The notes under the pieces were generated by a model that did not search any database, had not been told where the DNA came from, and saw only the letters and a list, made by a program, of their open reading frames with translations. The translations under genes were made by a program, and so were the position numbers. This document shows positions 21,462-32,563 of a stretch of DNA of 62,864 nucleotides, piece by piece (position 1 is the stretch's first letter; each line of letters starts with the position of its first letter). The DNA is taken from positions 1 through 62,864 of the forward strand of contig CAUUZR010000001.1 in assembly GCA_963549685.1 (NCBI GenBank), in the 5' to 3' direction. The DNA comes from an uncultured Candidatus Saccharibacteria bacterium (GTDB lineage: Bacteria > Patescibacteriota > Saccharimonadia > Saccharimonadales > Saccharimonadaceae).

Positions 21462-22953
21462 ACGGCCACCAGCCAGTTTCACCGTTTGTCATATTCATTT
21501 TACTCAACGTGACCACGCCGTCGGCAGTTTTATTAATAGCGTAAAGATATTTTTGATTTGACGATAACGCCGTGCTAAGATTACCATCAGCTTTCATCAT
21601 TCTATAAAGATTAGCGCCGTCAAATTCACGCAGATACAAATAACCAGCATTATCAACACTCCACAGATGAAAATCGTCCAGCCAGTTTATTTTTTGTGTT
21701 GCGCCAAGATCAATCTTATCTGACAAAGTTTTATGCTCCAAATCATAGCTATTTGCCACCGGTCCAGCTCTAAACACAATCATTCTACCACTATCATTTA
21801 GCGAAATCTCTTCCGGATGAAACTCCAATGATAGAGTGGTTTTTTGTCGCAAAAACTCTGCTTGCTTTGATTTATCATCTGACACTTCACCCCGATAAAC
21901 TACCGCTTTATCGCCATTAAACACCACGACTGTATCTTTATTAAAATAGCGTGAAAAACGAATTAATGACAGCTGATTTTTATCAAATCTATCGACGATA
22001 AAAGGCTTCTTCCAACCTTTTTTCCAAACGCCAACGACTTTTTGGTCGTTATCAATAGTCACAAAAGAGAATCCATCCGTGCCGTATAAATCAAACTGGA
22101 TAACACCGCTAATTATCGGACTTGAAATCGTTGCAGATGACAAATTAATACTGCGCACCTCACCACTTTCTTGTAAGACATAAAGTTCATTGCCATTTGT
22201 CCCGATAAAATGTACTTTGTTAATTGAGAAACCAGCAATTTTCGTAATATCAATAATATCTTCTGGCTTTTCTCTATCAAATCGCAGCCATTGAGTATGC
22301 CTCTTACTTTCAGTATCACTAAATTCATGCTTAACGATAAAATAGCGCCCACCTTGATCCCACTCTGAAACGGAAAAAGTATGATTTTCCGCCGAAACAT
22401 CATAGCCCGTCAAAATATTTATATCAATTTTATGCTCGGTGAATTTCTCATTATTAGTATCACGCAAATCACCCAAAACCAAAGTTGGCTGATGACTGTC
22501 ATTAGTAATCATTGCCAAAAAATTGCCGTGTGAATAGATTAAAGCATGTTGCAGACCTTTACCAAACGATTTGACCTGAGTAGTTTGACGATCTTTCGGC
22601 ACTAATCTAGCATAATTAAGATTTGTTACAGTCTCTGGCTTGATATCAACTTTCTTTTGCCAAGTTTCATAGCCCTTCAAAGACATCGCAAAATAGTGAA
22701 TCCCTGGTAAAACCACGCTCTTGGCTTGAGTTCGTCGCAAATCAGCCCCGTCAATTGACACCATAGCGCCACTAGGATAAGAAGCGTATTGCACCAGACC
22801 ATTGTGCTGGACCTCTTGGGTGAATACATTAAACTTATAGCCCAAAACGTTAAACATCAGAAATATTAGCATTATTACAATCGACATCGTCATTACAAAA
22901 TAGGTAAAAATTCGTCGAACTAGTTCTTTTTTGCGATTCATATTGCGTTGCAT
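21454..22953 (-). CDS. PEGA-domain membrane-anchored protein
   Basis: N-terminal TM, SYPSGAMVSIDG...LKGYETW PEGA pattern, propeller-like remainder. Confidence 0.75.
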   Translation of the reverse strand: MQRNMNRKKELVRRIFTYFVMTMSIVIMLIFLMFNVLGYKFNVFTQEVQHNGLVQYASYPSGAMVSIDGADLRRTQAKSVVLPGIHYFAMSLKGYETWQKKVDIKPETVTNLNYARLVPKDRQTTQVKSFGKGLQHALIYSHGNFLAMITNDSHQPTLVLGDLRDTNNEKFTEHKIDINILTGYDVSAENHTFSVSEWDQGGRYFIVKHEFSDTESKRHTQWLRFDREKPEDIIDITKIAGFSINKVHFIGTNGNELYVLQESGEVRSINLSSATISSPIISGVIQFDLYGTDGFSFVTIDNDQKVVGVWKKGWKKPFIVDRFDKNQLSLIRFSRYFNKDTVVVFNGDKAVVYRGEVSDDKSKQAEFLRQKTTLSLEFHPEEISLNDSGRMIVFRAGPVANSYDLEHKTLSDKIDLGATQKINWLDDFHLWSVDNAGYLYLREFDGANLYRMMKADGNLSTALSSNQKYLYAINKTADGVVTLSKMNMTNGETGWWPFN

Positions 22954-23040
22954 AATTATCTTAAATTATACCATATTTTACCTCTTGCAAAAAACGCGAG
23001 CAGTTTGTAATATAGGAATAGAGAAAAGCATAGGGGGTTT

Positions 23041-24054
23041 ATGAATAATAAAAATTATGTCGTGATAAATGGCAGGGCTTATCACCCAACAACTGGACTA
23101 CCTTTGGATGACATTGTGATTGATACGAAGATCACGCCGATCAAAGAGGAGCCTAAGATCACCAAGCGGGGAAGTGCAAATCAGCAGATTCATCAGCGTA
23201 CTTTACAAAAATCAATCACCTTAAATCGACGACACGTTAAAAAACCGACCGCCAAAGGATTAGCTTATCGACACCAACCTCAACCAGCTGATATTTCAAA
23301 ACATGAAAAAGTTGCCAAATTCACCCCTGTAGATATAGCGAAAAAACACTCATCAACCACAAGACAGCGAAATGATCGTCCAGCTGAAACACATCCGGTC
23401 GCTCGCCGTGCGCAGGAAAGGAATAATCCGTCAGCAAGACAATTACGTCGACGAGAATACGCCAAAACACCTGTCCAAAAAAATGTCAGCCAACCAATAG
23501 TAAAATTGAAATCAGCCGAAGAGCTAAAAAATGACGCTATCCATAAAGCCTTGAGTCAAGAAATTTTACCAGAAAAGAAACGCATGCCCAAACGAAAAAG
23601 CCGGTTCTCCCATTGGGCTAGCACTTTTTCCGTTGGACTAGCAGTCATGCTACTTGGTGGCTATTTAACTTACCTCAGTATGCCGAACATATCTATAAAA
23701 ATCGCCGCCGTACAATCAGGCATTGACGCTAAATATCCTGGCTACAAACCAGCCGGCTACGCAATGAATGGGCCAATTAAATTTAAAGATGGTGAAGTCG
23801 CTATTAAATACGCCTACGCTGATGGTAGCGCAGAATATACCTTGACGCAACAAAAAAGCTCTTGGGATTCAAGTGCAGTTAAAGAGCACTTTTCAGAGAA
23901 AGTGAGTCAGCCCACCACCACTATAATTGATGGATTAACCATCTATAGCAACGGCACCCACGCAGCTTGGGTTAATCGGGGTATTTTATATCAGATTGAC
24001 GGCAATACTGAACTGTCCAGTGAGCAAATTCAAAAGATTGCCACCAGCTTATAA
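23041..24054 (+). CDS. Membrane protein with DUF4367-like C-terminal domain
   Basis: Basic disordered N-terminus, single TM, PGYKPAGY...AAWVNRGILYQI...KIATSL. Confidence 0.7.
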   Translation: MNNKNYVVINGRAYHPTTGLPLDDIVIDTKITPIKEEPKITKRGSANQQIHQRTLQKSITLNRRHVKKPTAKGLAYRHQPQPADISKHEKVAKFTPVDIAKKHSSTTRQRNDRPAETHPVARRAQERNNPSARQLRRREYAKTPVQKNVSQPIVKLKSAEELKNDAIHKALSQEILPEKKRMPKRKSRFSHWASTFSVGLAVMLLGGYLTYLSMPNISIKIAAVQSGIDAKYPGYKPAGYAMNGPIKFKDGEVAIKYAYADGSAEYTLTQQKSSWDSSAVKEHFSEKVSQPTTTIIDGLTIYSNGTHAAWVNRGILYQIDGNTELSSEQIQKIATSL

Positions 24055-24111
24055 CCTCCACGACCATCAAACAGGCTAGTTGATTAAACTCTTCTGTTAT
24101 ATAATTATCTT

Positions 24112-25578
24112 ATGAATAATGACAATATTGCCGCTCGCACTCGTTTTGCACCAAGTCCAACTGGCTATATTCACGTTGGCAATGTTCGGAGTGCGCTTTA
24201 TCCGTATTTAATCGCCAAACAAACTGGCGGAGATTTTATCTTGCGCATTGAAGACACTGATCAAGCTAGATTTGTCGATGGCGCAGAAGACCTAATCAAA
24301 GATATTTTGAACTGGCTCGGACTAAAGTGGACAGAGGGTCCAGCTATCGGTAGTGAAAATGAAATTGGCGACTTTGGGCCATACCACCAAACTGCCCGTC
24401 GGGAGATTTACTTGAGTTGGGCAAAGAAAATGATTGAAAAAGGCTTAGCTTACGCCGATCCATATTCACCAGAAGAAGTTCAAGCTTTCCGAGAGCAAGC
24501 CAAGACTGCAAAACGGGCGTTTTTATATCGAGATCATCGGCCAGAAAATCCGCCAGAATGGCAACTTGGTATGCCACTTCGTTTTAAAACACCTGAAATT
24601 AAACGCTACACCTGGCAAGATGCAGTAATGGGTGAGCTTTCAGCCGGACCAGAGGCGCTTGACGATTTTATTTTAATTAAAGCTGATGGTCTGCCAACCT
24701 ACAATTTTGCTCATATTATTGATGACTATGAGATGAAGGTTACACACGTGATTCGTGGTGCGGAATATGTGGCTTCAACGCCAAAATATCTTTCACTATA
24801 CGAGGCGCTTGAAATTACGCCACCGATTTTAGCGCATGTGCCATACATCTTGGCACCAAGCGGTAATAAAAAACTTGGTAAACGTGATGGAGCAAAAAGT
24901 GTTACTGAGTATCGTGATGATGGGATTTTGCCAGAAGCGATGTTGAATTTTTTGGCACAACTTGGTTGGAATGATGGCACTGATCAGGATATTTACACCT
25001 TAGATGAGTTGATTAAGAAATTCTCGCTTGATCGTGTGCAGAAATCTGGCGCCAAATTTGATGAACAGCGACTAATCTGGCTGAACGGGCAGTGGATTCG
25101 CCGAATCTCGCTGGATGATTTATATGAACGAGTTAATGACGGTGGCTTCTGGCCTCATTCTGCCCACAATGCAGATGAAACATATAAACGTCAAGTTCTA
25201 GCCTTAGCACAAGATCGCTTGAAGACATTGACTGATCTACCACAACTAACTAGCTACTTCTTCGAAGAACCAAAAATTGATACAACTTTCATTTCTAACA
25301 ACAAGCAATTGAAAAAACTGACTGATGATGAGCGCCAGCAACTATTAAACCAAGCTTACAACAATCTCAGCTACATCACTAACTGGACATCTAATAATAT
25401 TCAGTCCACTCTCAATCAGCTTTTGGCAAAAACTGGGCAAAAACCGGGCATACTATTCAGCCTAATCCGGATCGCCACCACTTGGGCGCCGTTCAGTCCA
25501 CAACTAAATGACACTTTAGCGCTGATTGGCAAACAAAAAACTCTCGATCGTCTGAAAAATGCTATTGATATGCTATAA
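24112..25578 (+). CDS. gltX: Glutamate--tRNA ligase
   Basis: RFAPSPTGYIHVG, RIEDTD, KLGKR. Confidence 0.96.
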   Translation: MNNDNIAARTRFAPSPTGYIHVGNVRSALYPYLIAKQTGGDFILRIEDTDQARFVDGAEDLIKDILNWLGLKWTEGPAIGSENEIGDFGPYHQTARREIYLSWAKKMIEKGLAYADPYSPEEVQAFREQAKTAKRAFLYRDHRPENPPEWQLGMPLRFKTPEIKRYTWQDAVMGELSAGPEALDDFILIKADGLPTYNFAHIIDDYEMKVTHVIRGAEYVASTPKYLSLYEALEITPPILAHVPYILAPSGNKKLGKRDGAKSVTEYRDDGILPEAMLNFLAQLGWNDGTDQDIYTLDELIKKFSLDRVQKSGAKFDEQRLIWLNGQWIRRISLDDLYERVNDGGFWPHSAHNADETYKRQVLALAQDRLKTLTDLPQLTSYFFEEPKIDTTFISNNKQLKKLTDDERQQLLNQAYNNLSYITNWTSNNIQSTLNQLLAKTGQKPGILFSLIRIATTWAPFSPQLNDTLALIGKQKTLDRLKNAIDML

Positions 25579-25589
25579 TAGCCATAACC

Positions 25590-26717
25590 ATGAACAATGA
25601 AAAATTAAACAACTCACCACTAGAAAATCCTAATCAATCAGATGAAAAAAAACGATTCGCCAAGCTACGCCAATTTGTTGATCGTCATCACATCGCTATA
25701 TTATTAATTTGTGGCGCAGTTTTGATATTTTTGGGTGGCAGTATTGCATTTTTAATCACTCATCAATCACCAAGTCATGATGATCAGACTAATTTAACGG
25801 TCAAGAAAAAATCTCAACCCGCTAAGAAATATTATTCACCATTGACAGGTTTGGAGGTCGCCGATGAAACGGCCACCAAGCAGGCGGTAACCGGCGTCAT
25901 GATTGAAAACAGCCCGGAGGCTAGACCGCAATCTGGCTTGAAACAAGCTGGCGTGGTTTATGAGGCAGTGGCAGAAGGTGGCATCACCCGATTTTTGGCA
26001 TTATATCAAGGTGACAAACCCAACCTAATCGGACCAGTGCGAAGTTTACGAATGTATTATCTGGGCTGGGCAAGTGCATATCAAGCGTCAATTGCTCACG
26101 TCGGCGGTAGTGGCAATGCACTGAGTGAGGTGAGAAATGGTAATTATCGTGATATTGATCAATGGTTTAACAGTGGATCATATTGGCGAGCAAGTGATCG
26201 CTACGCCCCTCACAACGTCTATACATCTGGTGAAAAACTTAATCAGCTCAACAACGCAAAAGGGTATAAAACATCGGAGTTTTCTGGCTTTCTGCGCACC
26301 GACGGCAAACCGTCAGAAAATTTGACCGCCACAACGGTAAATATCAATTTCAGTAGCGCCCTATTTAATACTTCGTATACATACAGTAAAGACACCAACT
26401 CATATTTACGTAGCCTAGCAGGAGCGCCTCATAACGACCGAGAGTCAGGTCAAATAGCGCCAAATGTTGTAATCGCCATAGAGGTTGGGCTACAGCGACG
26501 TAATGGCCCAGATCCTTACGAAGATGCAATCACCACCGGCTCAGGCAAAACTTATATCTTCCAAAACGGGACAATCACAGAAGCAACTTGGAGTAGAGAA
26601 TCTTTCACTTCACCACTGAAATTGATTGGAGCTGATGGTAAAGAAGTGGCCTTGAACAGGGGACAAACTTGGATCTCAGCATTCACGCCAGGACGAGGAA
26701 GTGTGTCATGGCAATAG
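25590..26717 (+). CDS. DUF3048 (YerB-like) membrane-anchored protein
   Basis: SPLTG, MIENSPEARPQSGL, EGGITR, GPVRSLR, APHN. Confidence 0.88.
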   Translation: MNNEKLNNSPLENPNQSDEKKRFAKLRQFVDRHHIAILLICGAVLIFLGGSIAFLITHQSPSHDDQTNLTVKKKSQPAKKYYSPLTGLEVADETATKQAVTGVMIENSPEARPQSGLKQAGVVYEAVAEGGITRFLALYQGDKPNLIGPVRSLRMYYLGWASAYQASIAHVGGSGNALSEVRNGNYRDIDQWFNSGSYWRASDRYAPHNVYTSGEKLNQLNNAKGYKTSEFSGFLRTDGKPSENLTATTVNINFSSALFNTSYTYSKDTNSYLRSLAGAPHNDRESGQIAPNVVIAIEVGLQRRNGPDPYEDAITTGSGKTYIFQNGTITEATWSRESFTSPLKLIGADGKEVALNRGQTWISAFTPGRGSVSWQ

Positions 26718-28234
26718 AACCAGGATCAAAATCAATCAACGAGTTTCACCAACACTATAAAAAGACTATTCTGTCTACATTTATCTTCTTTTTATTAGGA
26801 CTAATCGTCACCATCGGTTTAGTTTTACATTTTTCCAAAATCGCAACCATCACCGAGCTTAATTTTTGGATCGTTATCATCTGCGTATTCATTATCACCA
26901 CTGGCGCTGGATTAATTTTAATCAAAATTGTAACCGCACCAATGTGTCAAATTTTACTAGCTCTAGCTCATAAAAACAGTGAATTGACTAGTCAAAAACC
27001 GCCCAACCCAAATTCCGGATCTAATAAAAAAACCGGCTTCAACACGGTATTGACCACAATTTATAGCGACAACAATATCTGCCAAAAACCAAATAATGAT
27101 AATTCAAGCTCTTTTCTAACCAGGGCGCTCAACTATTCCAGCGCCAGCGTCGTAATCCTCAACAAACATCAGCAAGTTATCTTTGCGTCAGCATCAGCGC
27201 CGATTTCCAAGGATGCCAACGGGTCCAATTATCTAGCGTTAGATTTTTTGGGTGAAGCAAATATTTCCGATTGGCTTGATAGTATAAATAATCACTCAAT
27301 CAGAGCGGAAAAAATGTGGCGTCGCATACCAGTTCAGGCAAACACCTTTAAGAAAGATAAATTTTATGATGTGGTAGCTTCTTATGAAAAAGGTGACACG
27401 GACGAGATGACAGTAATTTTTCTATTTGATAAATCTAGTCAATATTTGCCAGAAGAAGAAGATTTGAATTTTATCGCTTTTGCTGCGCATGAACTGAGGG
27501 GGCCGATTACAGTCATCCGTGGCTATCTTGATATTATCTCGCACGAATTTGCTGACAGACTGAAAGGTGACGAAAAACAATTGATGGATCGCTTAACAGT
27601 TTCAGCCAACCGATTATCCAGCTATATTAGCAACATCCTCAATGTTTCCAAATTTGATCGCCACCACCTGGAAACACACCTACTGGAAGATACTGTTGCC
27701 AATATCTACACCTCAATTGCTGATGATATGAATTTACGAGCTGTGACTTCAAACCGATTATTAAACGTCAATATCCCAGAAGATCTGCCAACGGTTGCCG
27801 CTGACCGCAGTAGTGTTGGCGAAGTATTGGCTAATCTAATTGATAATGCCATAAAATACAGCTTTGAAGGTGGACTAATCCAAGTTACCGCCACCAAGAA
27901 AGGTGATTTTATAGAGGTTTCTGTAGCTGATAATGGAATTGGTATGCCGCCGAGCGTCGTTAATAATCTATTTCACAAATTTTATCGCTCACACCGCAGT
28001 CGAGAGGCTGTGGCTGGCACAGGAATCGGTTTATATATCTGTAAAGCTTTCATAGAAAGTCATGGTGGATCAATTTCAGCAAGATCTAAAGAAAACGAAG
28101 GCTCGGTTTTCTCTTTCACTATTCCGATCTACGCCACTATCAAAGATAAACTACTAGAAGACGGTCAGTTGAATAGCAAAATAATCCGCACTGGTGGCGG
28201 CTGGATAAAAAATCATTCCATGTATAGAGATTAG
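26708..28234 (+). CDS. Membrane sensor histidine kinase
   Basis: Two TMs, AHELRGP H-box, NLIDNAIKY, DNGIG, GTGIGL. Confidence 0.93.
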   Translation: MAIEPGSKSINEFHQHYKKTILSTFIFFLLGLIVTIGLVLHFSKIATITELNFWIVIICVFIITTGAGLILIKIVTAPMCQILLALAHKNSELTSQKPPNPNSGSNKKTGFNTVLTTIYSDNNICQKPNNDNSSSFLTRALNYSSASVVILNKHQQVIFASASAPISKDANGSNYLALDFLGEANISDWLDSINNHSIRAEKMWRRIPVQANTFKKDKFYDVVASYEKGDTDEMTVIFLFDKSSQYLPEEEDLNFIAFAAHELRGPITVIRGYLDIISHEFADRLKGDEKQLMDRLTVSANRLSSYISNILNVSKFDRHHLETHLLEDTVANIYTSIADDMNLRAVTSNRLLNVNIPEDLPTVAADRSSVGEVLANLIDNAIKYSFEGGLIQVTATKKGDFIEVSVADNGIGMPPSVVNNLFHKFYRSHRSREAVAGTGIGLYICKAFIESHGGSISARSKENEGSVFSFTIPIYATIKDKLLEDGQLNSKIIRTGGGWIKNHSMYRD

Positions 28235-28242
28235 GAGGAAGT

Positions 28243-28617
28243 ATGATAAAAACAATTTTATGTGTTGAAGATGATCGATTTATTGGCGAAATGTACGTAC
28301 GCAGTTTGGAAAAGGCTGGATATAGCGTAACTTGGGTGGTTGACGGCAATGACGGTTTAGTCGCCGCTCGCAATCAACAATTTGATTTAATCATTTTAGA
28401 TTTAATGTTGCCAGAACGGCGTGGCGATCAAATCTTAGATGCCTTGCGAGGCAATGGTGTTGATTTTGTGCCGGATAGTAAAATTTTAATTATGACTAAT
28501 TTTGAACAAGACGAAGAGTCACGCAACAGCATCATGAATCGAGTGGATGGCTATTTGATTAAAGCTGACGTAACACCACGAAATTTATTAGAAGTTATTG
28601 AAAAGTTAGATAAATAG
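28243..28617 (+). CDS. Single-domain response regulator
   Basis: VEDD, LDLMLP, TN, K; receiver only. Confidence 0.93.
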   Translation: MIKTILCVEDDRFIGEMYVRSLEKAGYSVTWVVDGNDGLVAARNQQFDLIILDLMLPERRGDQILDALRGNGVDFVPDSKILIMTNFEQDEESRNSIMNRVDGYLIKADVTPRNLLEVIEKLDK

Positions 28618-28688
28618 CACTTTGACCCTAAATCAGCTCGCTACCAAATGTAAACGAGCTGTTTTATATAAATGAAATACAAAATTAT

Positions 28689-28763
28689 TGGTGACCTTAC
28701 CGGGAATCGAACCCGGATTGCCAGGATGAAAACCTGGTGTCCTAACCGTTAGACGATAAGGCC
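28689..28763 (-). tRNA. tRNA-Glu(TTC)
   Basis: Cloverleaf, CCAGG-TTTTCAT-CCTGG anticodon arm, encoded CCA. Confidence 0.96.
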
Positions 28764-28852
28764 ATCCACCCAAGGATTATAGCACACAAACCAACTCCTG
28801 TCTATAGCTGAAACCTCTTGCGCTTTTTTATTAAATCAGTCATAATACAATC

Positions 28853-30760
28853 ATGAAGTCAGGTGGGCTGAGTTTATACCCTCAACCGATTTCTCGGTTT
28901 TGGCTATGTCGTCTTTTAGAGGTGGCTCTTTTTACTTGTATCACGATTGTCACACTCTATATATGGGCAAGATTCATCCCTACAGGTTACAATTTACCAA
29001 TAGGCATGTCCATCACCGATGTAGGCGCAGCTGTAGCTGCAGTCGGTAGTTTAATCACCTTATCCATCCGTTTTTGGACACCCAAAAATCATTATGCTAT
29101 TACCGCTACAATTATTTATCTAATTACTGCTACTGTATCAGGTGTGTTGATATTTGATAGCGGCGAGATTAATTCGCCATTCTTCGCCTTATGGATAATT
29201 GTGACAATTTTTGCTGGATTCTTTGGCTTAATTATAGCGGGACTGATGGGCGCTGTGACTATTGCTCAAATCATAATATCTTATTTACAAACCTCTTTAT
29301 CCATACAAACTGTGGTCGGTAATCTAGTTTTTGGTTTATTACCAATAGCTTTTGGAGTGATTTTGTGGGGTAGAAAACAAACGCCAAAGAAAAATGCTTA
29401 TTCTGACCTTGAGCAAAAACTTTCAACCGTTGAAGGTAAATCTGACGTGGTAATTAACACTATCGATGATGGGGTTTTGGCAATCTCTAAAGAAGGGAAT
29501 ATAGAGCTAATCAATCCTTCAGCGCAAACCCTGATCGGCTGGAGTCAAGGAGATGCTTTGGGGTTAAATTGGAAAAGTGTTCTAAAACTAGCCACCTCCG
29601 ACGGTAAAGAAGTGGCAGAAATCGATAATCCAGTCGCTCAAGCTCTTACCAAAAACCAGCCAACTCATAGCGATAAATTACTGTTGGTGACAAATTCTGA
29701 TAAGCGCCGGTTAGTGTCAATTGTTAGCTCACCAGTTGGCGAGAATAATGAGGGTGTGATTGTAGTATTTCGTGATATCACCAGAGAAAAAGCCGAGGAA
29801 CGTGAACAAGCTGAGTTTATCTCTACCGCCAGTCACGAAATGCGTACACCAGTAGCTTCTATAGAGGGTTATCTAGGCCTGGCACTCAATCCAGCCACCG
29901 CTCAAATTGACGAAAAAGCCCGAGATTTTATCACTAAGGCTCACCAGTCAGCCCAACACCTGGGACGGCTTTTCCAAGATTTACTTGATATCAGCAAAGC
30001 AGAAGATGGTAGATTAAAGAACGAGCCACGGGTGATTAATGTTGAAGATTTTATCCGTGATGTTTGGAGCAGTCTTGCACCAAAAGCTGCGGAAAAGCAA
30101 CTGCAGTATACTTTCTTGCCAGATATAGATAAGGATACCAAAGGCGAAAGACAAATCAGGCCAGTTTTCTACACTAATGTTGATCCAGATCATCTACGTG
30201 AAGTTATCGATAATCTAATTGAAAACGCTATAAAATACACCTTGTCTGGTGAAGTGATTGTTGATGTCAATGGTGACGATAAGCATGTGTCTATTAGCGT
30301 CAAAGATTCGGGCGTCGGTATTCCCGCTGAAGATATTCCACATTTGTTCCAGAAATTTTATCGAGTTGATAATTCCGACACACGTGAAATTGGTGGTACT
30401 GGTTTAGGTCTATACCTTTGCCGAAAATTAGCCGAAAGTATGTCAGGACACTTACACGTTGAAAGTGAGCATAAAAAGGGTAGTACGTTTTTCCTTGACT
30501 TACCACGAATTTCTGCTGATGAAGCCAGTCAGAAAATGTCAGAGGAAGATATCAAAAATAACACTGATGTTGACGCCTCCATGCCAGTAGTCACCGATAC
30601 TCAACCTGAAATTACCACCCCACCGCCAGCACCTCAAATTACCCCAGAACAAAACATCACCTTACCGCCATCTCAACCAGCGCCACCAACCTTAGCAGAA
30701 ATTGAAAACAGGATTAAAGCCGAACGCTCGCAATTGTCAATTCCAGAAAGAAAATCATAA
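28853..30760 (+). CDS. Multi-TM PAS-domain sensor histidine kinase
   Basis: SHEMRTP, NLIENAIKY, DSGVG, GTGLGL; PAS region; Pro-rich tail. Confidence 0.93.
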   Translation: MKSGGLSLYPQPISRFWLCRLLEVALFTCITIVTLYIWARFIPTGYNLPIGMSITDVGAAVAAVGSLITLSIRFWTPKNHYAITATIIYLITATVSGVLIFDSGEINSPFFALWIIVTIFAGFFGLIIAGLMGAVTIAQIIISYLQTSLSIQTVVGNLVFGLLPIAFGVILWGRKQTPKKNAYSDLEQKLSTVEGKSDVVINTIDDGVLAISKEGNIELINPSAQTLIGWSQGDALGLNWKSVLKLATSDGKEVAEIDNPVAQALTKNQPTHSDKLLLVTNSDKRRLVSIVSSPVGENNEGVIVVFRDITREKAEEREQAEFISTASHEMRTPVASIEGYLGLALNPATAQIDEKARDFITKAHQSAQHLGRLFQDLLDISKAEDGRLKNEPRVINVEDFIRDVWSSLAPKAAEKQLQYTFLPDIDKDTKGERQIRPVFYTNVDPDHLREVIDNLIENAIKYTLSGEVIVDVNGDDKHVSISVKDSGVGIPAEDIPHLFQKFYRVDNSDTREIGGTGLGLYLCRKLAESMSGHLHVESEHKKGSTFFLDLPRISADEASQKMSEEDIKNNTDVDASMPVVTDTQPEITTPPPAPQITPEQNITLPPSQPAPPTLAEIENRIKAERSQLSIPERKS

Positions 30761-30803
30761 GAAGTATGGATTTTTTATAAAAACTTAAGTATAGTATAGA
30801 TAT

Positions 30804-31814
30804 ATGACGAAAATTTTGCTAGTTGAGGATGATAAAAGTTTACGTGAGATTTACGGCCTACGCTTATTGGCTGAAGGTTATGATATAGTTTCCGCTGGCG
30901 ATGGCGAAGAAGCTTTGGCTATGGCTATCAAAGAACGTCCGTCTTTGATATTAAGTGATGTCATGATGCCGAAAATATCTGGTTTTGACATGCTAGATAT
31001 CTTGCGTTCAACCACAGAAACCAAAGACGTTAAAGTTATTATTATGACTGCCTTATCATCTGAAGACCAGCGTAAGCGTGGCGAACAATTAGGAGCTGAT
31101 CGTTATTTGGTCAAGTCGCAAGTAGGAATAGAGGACGTCGTTAGAACTGTTCATGAGGTTTTAAGTGACATCCCTGGAGTGGGCACTACACCAGTGCCAA
31201 CAGCAACGACACCTCAGGAGACGCCCACACAAACGTCAGTAGCCATGCCTCAACAACCAACCGCCACCCCAGCCCCACAGACTACAACTGTTCGGCCTGA
31301 TGTCGCATCATTGTCTCCGCAAGCTCAACCCTCTAATCCTCTGACACAAGCACCTCAGCCAGCTCCGCAACAGCCAAGTCAAGCACCTCAAACACACTCA
31401 GTTTTACCTCAACCAGGTCAAATACCACAAAACCAGCAACCAAGCCCATTGCCTCAACCTGTTGCGCCATTCTCATCATCAGCATCTAGACCAAATAGCC
31501 TAGGAGAACGAGTTATCCACCCGCTAGAAAGTATAGCCGATAATTCTGCCGAAATTAGACAAATGATGGACGCAGCCTTAAGCGACTCCGTCAATACACC
31601 TCAGCCAGCTCCGCAAAATATCGATCCTCAAGATATCCAGCCTCAGTCTCAACCGACCCAGCAGCCACAGGTGACACCTCAACCCCAGATTCAACCTCAG
31701 CCGATTCAACAACCGCAAGTAGCACCTCAGCCTCAACCAATACCCCAACAGCCTGCCACACCACCTCAGCCTCAGCCGATTGATCCAAATCCAATACAAA
31801 ATGCTCAACAATAA
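30804..31814 (+). CDS. Response regulator receiver with long Pro/Gln-rich tail
   Basis: VEDD, SDVMMP, TAL, VKS, then ~200 aa low complexity. Confidence 0.9.
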   Translation: MTKILLVEDDKSLREIYGLRLLAEGYDIVSAGDGEEALAMAIKERPSLILSDVMMPKISGFDMLDILRSTTETKDVKVIIMTALSSEDQRKRGEQLGADRYLVKSQVGIEDVVRTVHEVLSDIPGVGTTPVPTATTPQETPTQTSVAMPQQPTATPAPQTTTVRPDVASLSPQAQPSNPLTQAPQPAPQQPSQAPQTHSVLPQPGQIPQNQQPSPLPQPVAPFSSSASRPNSLGERVIHPLESIADNSAEIRQMMDAALSDSVNTPQPAPQNIDPQDIQPQSQPTQQPQVTPQPQIQPQPIQQPQVAPQPQPIPQQPATPPQPQPIDPNPIQNAQQ

Positions 31815-32517
31815 TCTTTCTAGTAATAAACCTCAGCGCCTCAATAAGTTTGTGGCGCTTTGTCTTGGGATGTCAAGACGACAGGCCGACGAGCTGATAG
31901 AGCAGGGTAAGATTATCGTTAATAACCAACCAGCTAAATTAGGACAACAGATAACAAACGACGACAAAATAACTTACCACAATAAACCTCTATCAATTAA
32001 AGATTATCAACTAATTTTACTAAACAAACCCGTTGGCTATGTGTGTTCTCGTGCTTCGCAGGGTAGCACTCCAACTATCTATAAGCTACTGCCTAAAGCA
32101 TTTGCTCACCTCAAACCAGTTGGCAGGCTAGATAAAGACAGTTCTGGGCTAATTCTACTAACCAATAACGGCGATTTAGCTCATCGATTAACACACCCTA
32201 GTTTCCATAAAATCAAACGCTATCTCGTCACAATTAATTTACCTCTTCAACCGCTTCACCGTCAAATGATCAGCGATTTTGGCGTGCAACTAGCTGATGG
32301 ACATAGTAAATTTGAGTTGACACGTCAACACGAGGGTGATGATCGTCGCTGGATAGTGACTATGAGCGAGGGGCGCAACCGTCAAATCCGTCGTACTTTC
32401 ACCGCACTTGGCTACACTGTCACCAAGCTACATCGCACTAATTTTGGAAATTATTCGCTTGATGATCTAAAACGTGGCGAGTGGCGTGAAATCACCGACA
32501 TAAAGAAACCTCTCTAA
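31801..32517 (+). CDS. RsuA/RluB family rRNA pseudouridine synthase
   Basis: S4 domain, NKPVG, GRLDKDSSGL, EGRNRQIRR. Confidence 0.93.
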   Translation: MLNNNLSSNKPQRLNKFVALCLGMSRRQADELIEQGKIIVNNQPAKLGQQITNDDKITYHNKPLSIKDYQLILLNKPVGYVCSRASQGSTPTIYKLLPKAFAHLKPVGRLDKDSSGLILLTNNGDLAHRLTHPSFHKIKRYLVTINLPLQPLHRQMISDFGVQLADGHSKFELTRQHEGDDRRWIVTMSEGRNRQIRRTFTALGYTVTKLHRTNFGNYSLDDLKRGEWREITDIKKPL

Positions 32518-32563
32518 ATAACCACCTCGCAAAACATCTTATTTTCTGCTATAATTACCTCTG

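Noticed and set aside
31620..31800. Tandem repeats as a possible CRISPR array
   Set aside because: Degenerate codon-phase repeats encoding Pro/Gln; no constant repeat-spacer pattern or cas genes
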